A stretch of DNA of 50,822 nucleotides from Candidatus Aenigmatarchaeota archaeon (GTDB lineage: Archaea > EX4484-52), in NCBI GenBank assembly GCA_023137195.1, contig JAGLPV010000021.1:1-50822 (forward strand). The letters run 5' to 3'. Shown in pieces: positions 48,223 to 50,822 of the stretch. How positions within the stretch are numbered: position 1 is the stretch's first letter; the number at the start of each line of letters is the position of its first letter. A model generated the notes under the pieces. The model made no database searches. It was not told the DNA's origin and saw only the letters and a program-made list of their open reading frames with translations. The translations under genes were made by a program, and so were the position numbers.

Positions 48223-48558
48223 ATGGTTAATGAAAAACAGCATGCCTTGGTTCCAAAACACCAGGTACTAAGTGAAGAAGATTCTGAAAATTTATTGAAA
48301 AAATTAAATACTCGTAAAATAAAATTACCGAAAATTTACTCAACAGATGCTGCCTTGAAAAACATCAAAATAAAAATAGGAGATATAATAGAAATCGAAA
48401 GAAAAAGTCACGACGGAAAGATAATAAAATACTGGCGTCATGTTGTGGAAAAGAAAACAACCGGTTCTTCTGATTCTAAAATAGATGCTCCTGATGTGGT
48501 CAAAAAAGATCCAAAAAAGACCAAAGATGCTGACTCAAAAACAAATGAGAAAAATTAA
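48223..48558 (+). CDS. rpoH: RNA polymerase subunit Rpo5 (RpoH) with charged C-terminal extension
   Basis: HALVPKHQVLS, LPKIYSTDA, GDIIEIERKS, YWRHVV. Confidence 0.95.
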   Translation: MVNEKQHALVPKHQVLSEEDSENLLKKLNTRKIKLPKIYSTDAALKNIKIKIGDIIEIERKSHDGKIIKYWRHVVEKKTTGSSDSKIDAPDVVKKDPKKTKDADSKTNEKN

Positions 48559-48566
48559 AAGATATT

Positions 48567-50054
48567 ATGAAAAACGATAATCTATTAAAAAAATTTCTGG
48601 CTGAAAAAACAAATCACCATGAACTTGCAAAACACCAGATTGATTCATACAATTATTTTGTAAAATACGGCATGAATAAAGTACTGGATGAAATAGGAGT
48701 ACAGGAAATAAATATCACAGAGGATGAACAGATAAAAATAAAATTCTCCAACATAAAAATAGGCAGCCCTCATATAAAAGAAGTCGACGGCTCCAGGAGA
48801 ATGCTTACTCCACTAGAAGCCCGGACAAGAGACCTAAATTATATGGTGCCTGTATATATAGACATAATCCCTTACTTTGGAGATAGAGAATGCATACCAA
48901 AACAAACAGAACTATACCAACTTCCGATAATGGTAAACTCAGACATTTGTATGTTAAATAAAATGACAAGGGATGAAAAAATAAATGCAGGAGAAGATCC
49001 TTATGACGCAGGAGGATATTTTATCATCAACGGGACAGAAAGAGTTATTGTTAATTTTGAACACATTGCCGCAAACAAATTAATCTTAAGGAAAAAAGAT
49101 ACTGATATTTCCGTAAGAATAGACTCATCCCACAATGGATTTACTCAAAAACATTCTTTTGAAAAAACAAAAAAAGGTCTTGTTGTTGCAAGATTTTCTA
49201 TGTTTTCCAAAGAACCGGTACCAATTGTAATATTAATGAAAATACTGGGAATTGAAAAAGACAAGGACATTGTGGACGCTATTACCACAAAGGATAGCGA
49301 AAAAGAAGATATTTACCTAAACCTAATGCAATGCGAATGCCCGACAAAAAAAGAATGCTACGCTTATATTTCAGAACTACTTAACATAAAAGAAGAAGGA
49401 AAAGAACAGGAAATCATCGACAACCGACTGAATACAAACCTACTTGCCTTCATCGGAACAGATGAAACCTCAAGAAAAGAAAAAGCAATCTACCTGGCAA
49501 AAGTATTCAAGAAACTAATTCAGCTCCACAACAACGAATTATCTGATGAAGACATAGATCATTATTCAAACAAAAGAATAAGAACTGTCGGGGAACTGCT
49601 TGAAAATTTATTCAGATACTCAATAATAGGAAAATGGGGTCTGATTTCAAAACTCCAGTTTAACTACCAGAGATTAATAAGAAGAGGAAAAAAAATCGTA
49701 AGACTCGAAGACATGGTATCTCAAAATACAATGACAAAGCAAATCTTAAGAGCAATGGCAACAGGAAACTGGATTAGTGGAGAAACTGGTGTCTGCCAGA
49801 GACTCGAAAGGACAAATTACATGAGAGCCCAGGAACATTTAAGAAGTATTATCTCTCCGCTTACGCCCTCTCAGGAACACTTTGAAGCAAGAGAATTACA
49901 CTGTACTCACTGGGGCAGGCTATGCCCTGTAAGAACCCCGGAAGGTCAAAATATAGGATTAAGAAAATATCTTGCTGTTGGGGCTCAGATTACCGAAGAA
50001 ATTGACAAAAAAACAAAAGAAGAGGCTAAAAACACGATAAAAGAATTGATGTAA
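48567..50054 (+). CDS. rpoB2: RNA polymerase subunit B'' (Rpo2N)
   Basis: HQIDSYNYF, PLEARTRDLNY, GEDPYDAGGYFIINGTERV, DIDHYSNKR, ARELHCTHWGRLCPVRTPEGQNIGL. Confidence 0.96.
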   Translation: MKNDNLLKKFLAEKTNHHELAKHQIDSYNYFVKYGMNKVLDEIGVQEINITEDEQIKIKFSNIKIGSPHIKEVDGSRRMLTPLEARTRDLNYMVPVYIDIIPYFGDRECIPKQTELYQLPIMVNSDICMLNKMTRDEKINAGEDPYDAGGYFIINGTERVIVNFEHIAANKLILRKKDTDISVRIDSSHNGFTQKHSFEKTKKGLVVARFSMFSKEPVPIVILMKILGIEKDKDIVDAITTKDSEKEDIYLNLMQCECPTKKECYAYISELLNIKEEGKEQEIIDNRLNTNLLAFIGTDETSRKEKAIYLAKVFKKLIQLHNNELSDEDIDHYSNKRIRTVGELLENLFRYSIIGKWGLISKLQFNYQRLIRRGKKIVRLEDMVSQNTMTKQILRAMATGNWISGETGVCQRLERTNYMRAQEHLRSIISPLTPSQEHFEARELHCTHWGRLCPVRTPEGQNIGLRKYLAVGAQITEEIDKKTKEEAKNTIKELM

Positions 50055-50055
50055 T

Positions 50056-50822
50056 ATGGGAAAAGTTTATACTGATGGAAAATATCTCGGCGAATGCAAA
50101 GACGCAAAAAAATTTGCTGAAAAAATAAGAGAAGAAAGAAGAAAAAATAAATTGCCTTTATCATTGAATGTTTGCTACAAAGAAAAAGAAGATGAAGTAG
50201 ATATTGCTCTCGATCGTGGCAGAATCATAAGACCATTAATTGTAGCGATTAATGGAAAATCAACACTAACTGATGATTTAAAACAACAAATTCTAAAAGA
50301 AAAAACCACCTGGACTGAACTGGGGGGGAAAGGAGTAGTAGAATATCTGGATGCCGCAGAAGAAGAAAATGCATACATTGCATTCAACGAAGAAGAATTA
50401 ACTCCAAAACACACGCATCTTGAAATTGATGCCTCTTTGATATTGGGTGCTTCTGCCTCACAACTGCCATTCCCTGAAATGAATAGGGGAGATAGACTTA
50501 ATTATGGTTCAAGAATGATTCTTCAGGCATCAGGAATATATTTACAGAATTTTCTTTTAAGAACAGATACCAACAGTTATTTGTTGATGCATCCACAAAG
50601 CCCTTTATGTGCTCCCAAAATACTTGACGTCAACGGCGCACAGTCGCATCCGGCGGGACAAAATTTAGTAGTTGCCCTAATGCCTTACCTGGGCTATAAT
50701 ATTGAAGATGCAATTATACTAAACAAAGCATCTGTCGAACGTGGTCTTGGACGCTCCTTTTCAAGAAGAACATATTCAACACTCGAAAGAAAATACTGGG
50801 GCGGTCAGGAAGATGAAATAGG
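50056..50822 (+). CDS. rpoB1: RNA polymerase subunit B' (Rpo2C), 3'-truncated by the window edge
   Basis: Absent from the ORF track. ATG 50056 reads MGKVYTDGKYLG..DRGRIIRPL..GVVEYLDAAEEENAYIA..HTHLEID..HPAGQNLVVA..GYNIEDAIILN, open to the end. Confidence 0.95.
   Translation, partial: MGKVYTDGKYLGECKDAKKFAEKIREERRKNKLPLSLNVCYKEKEDEVDIALDRGRIIRPLIVAINGKSTLTDDLKQQILKEKTTWTELGGKGVVEYLDAAEEENAYIAFNEEELTPKHTHLEIDASLILGASASQLPFPEMNRGDRLNYGSRMILQASGIYLQNFLLRTDTNSYLLMHPQSPLCAPKILDVNGAQSHPAGQNLVVALMPYLGYNIEDAIILNKASVERGLGRSFSRRTYSTLERKYWGGQEDEI

Noticed and set aside
50054-50056. rpoB split as a frameshift or pseudogene
   Set aside because: The split position matches the established B''/B' division, and both parts have clean start/stop codons.
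1-50822. Integrase, transposase, prophage, rRNA or stop-codon recoding
   Set aside because: No such motifs seen; TAA, TAG and TGA all terminate conserved genes at the expected positions.

Overview
AT-rich archaeal chromosome segment. Evidence for archaea: gatD, two histone-fold genes, NAC, an intron-containing tRNA-Lys(CTT), and rpoH-rpoB''-rpoB'. The very divergent RNAP and SecDF sequences suggest a DPANN lineage, possibly Aenigmarchaeota/Nanohaloarchaeota-like; this is inferred from recall, not from a search. Housekeeping blocks (1-11.4 kb and 41.7-50.8 kb) flank an accessory region of about 30 kb. That region holds (i) a 2821-aa membrane-anchored surface protein built on six ~305-aa Cys-rich repeats and (ii) a ~21-kb signalling island with a near-complete F1-type chemosensory pathway (CheA, CheB, CheR, CheC, a divergent CheC-like protein, 2 CheY, 2 MCPs). 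Within the window its only CheW adaptors are two CheW-REC fusions (CheV architecture, normally regarded as bacterial), and there are no cheF, cheD or archaellum genes. The island also carries a duplicated MCP/CheW-REC/REC module, two gene remnants, a Cache-HAMP histidine kinase and a CBS-PAS protein without an output domain. Non-coding highlights: a 3-unit array between cheR and cheB whose 13-nt inserts differ in sequence but all fold into hairpins; a palindromic repeat cluster at the surface-protein promoter; and operator-like inverted repeats, one upstream of a Fic protein that has lost both its catalytic His and its inhibitory Glu.
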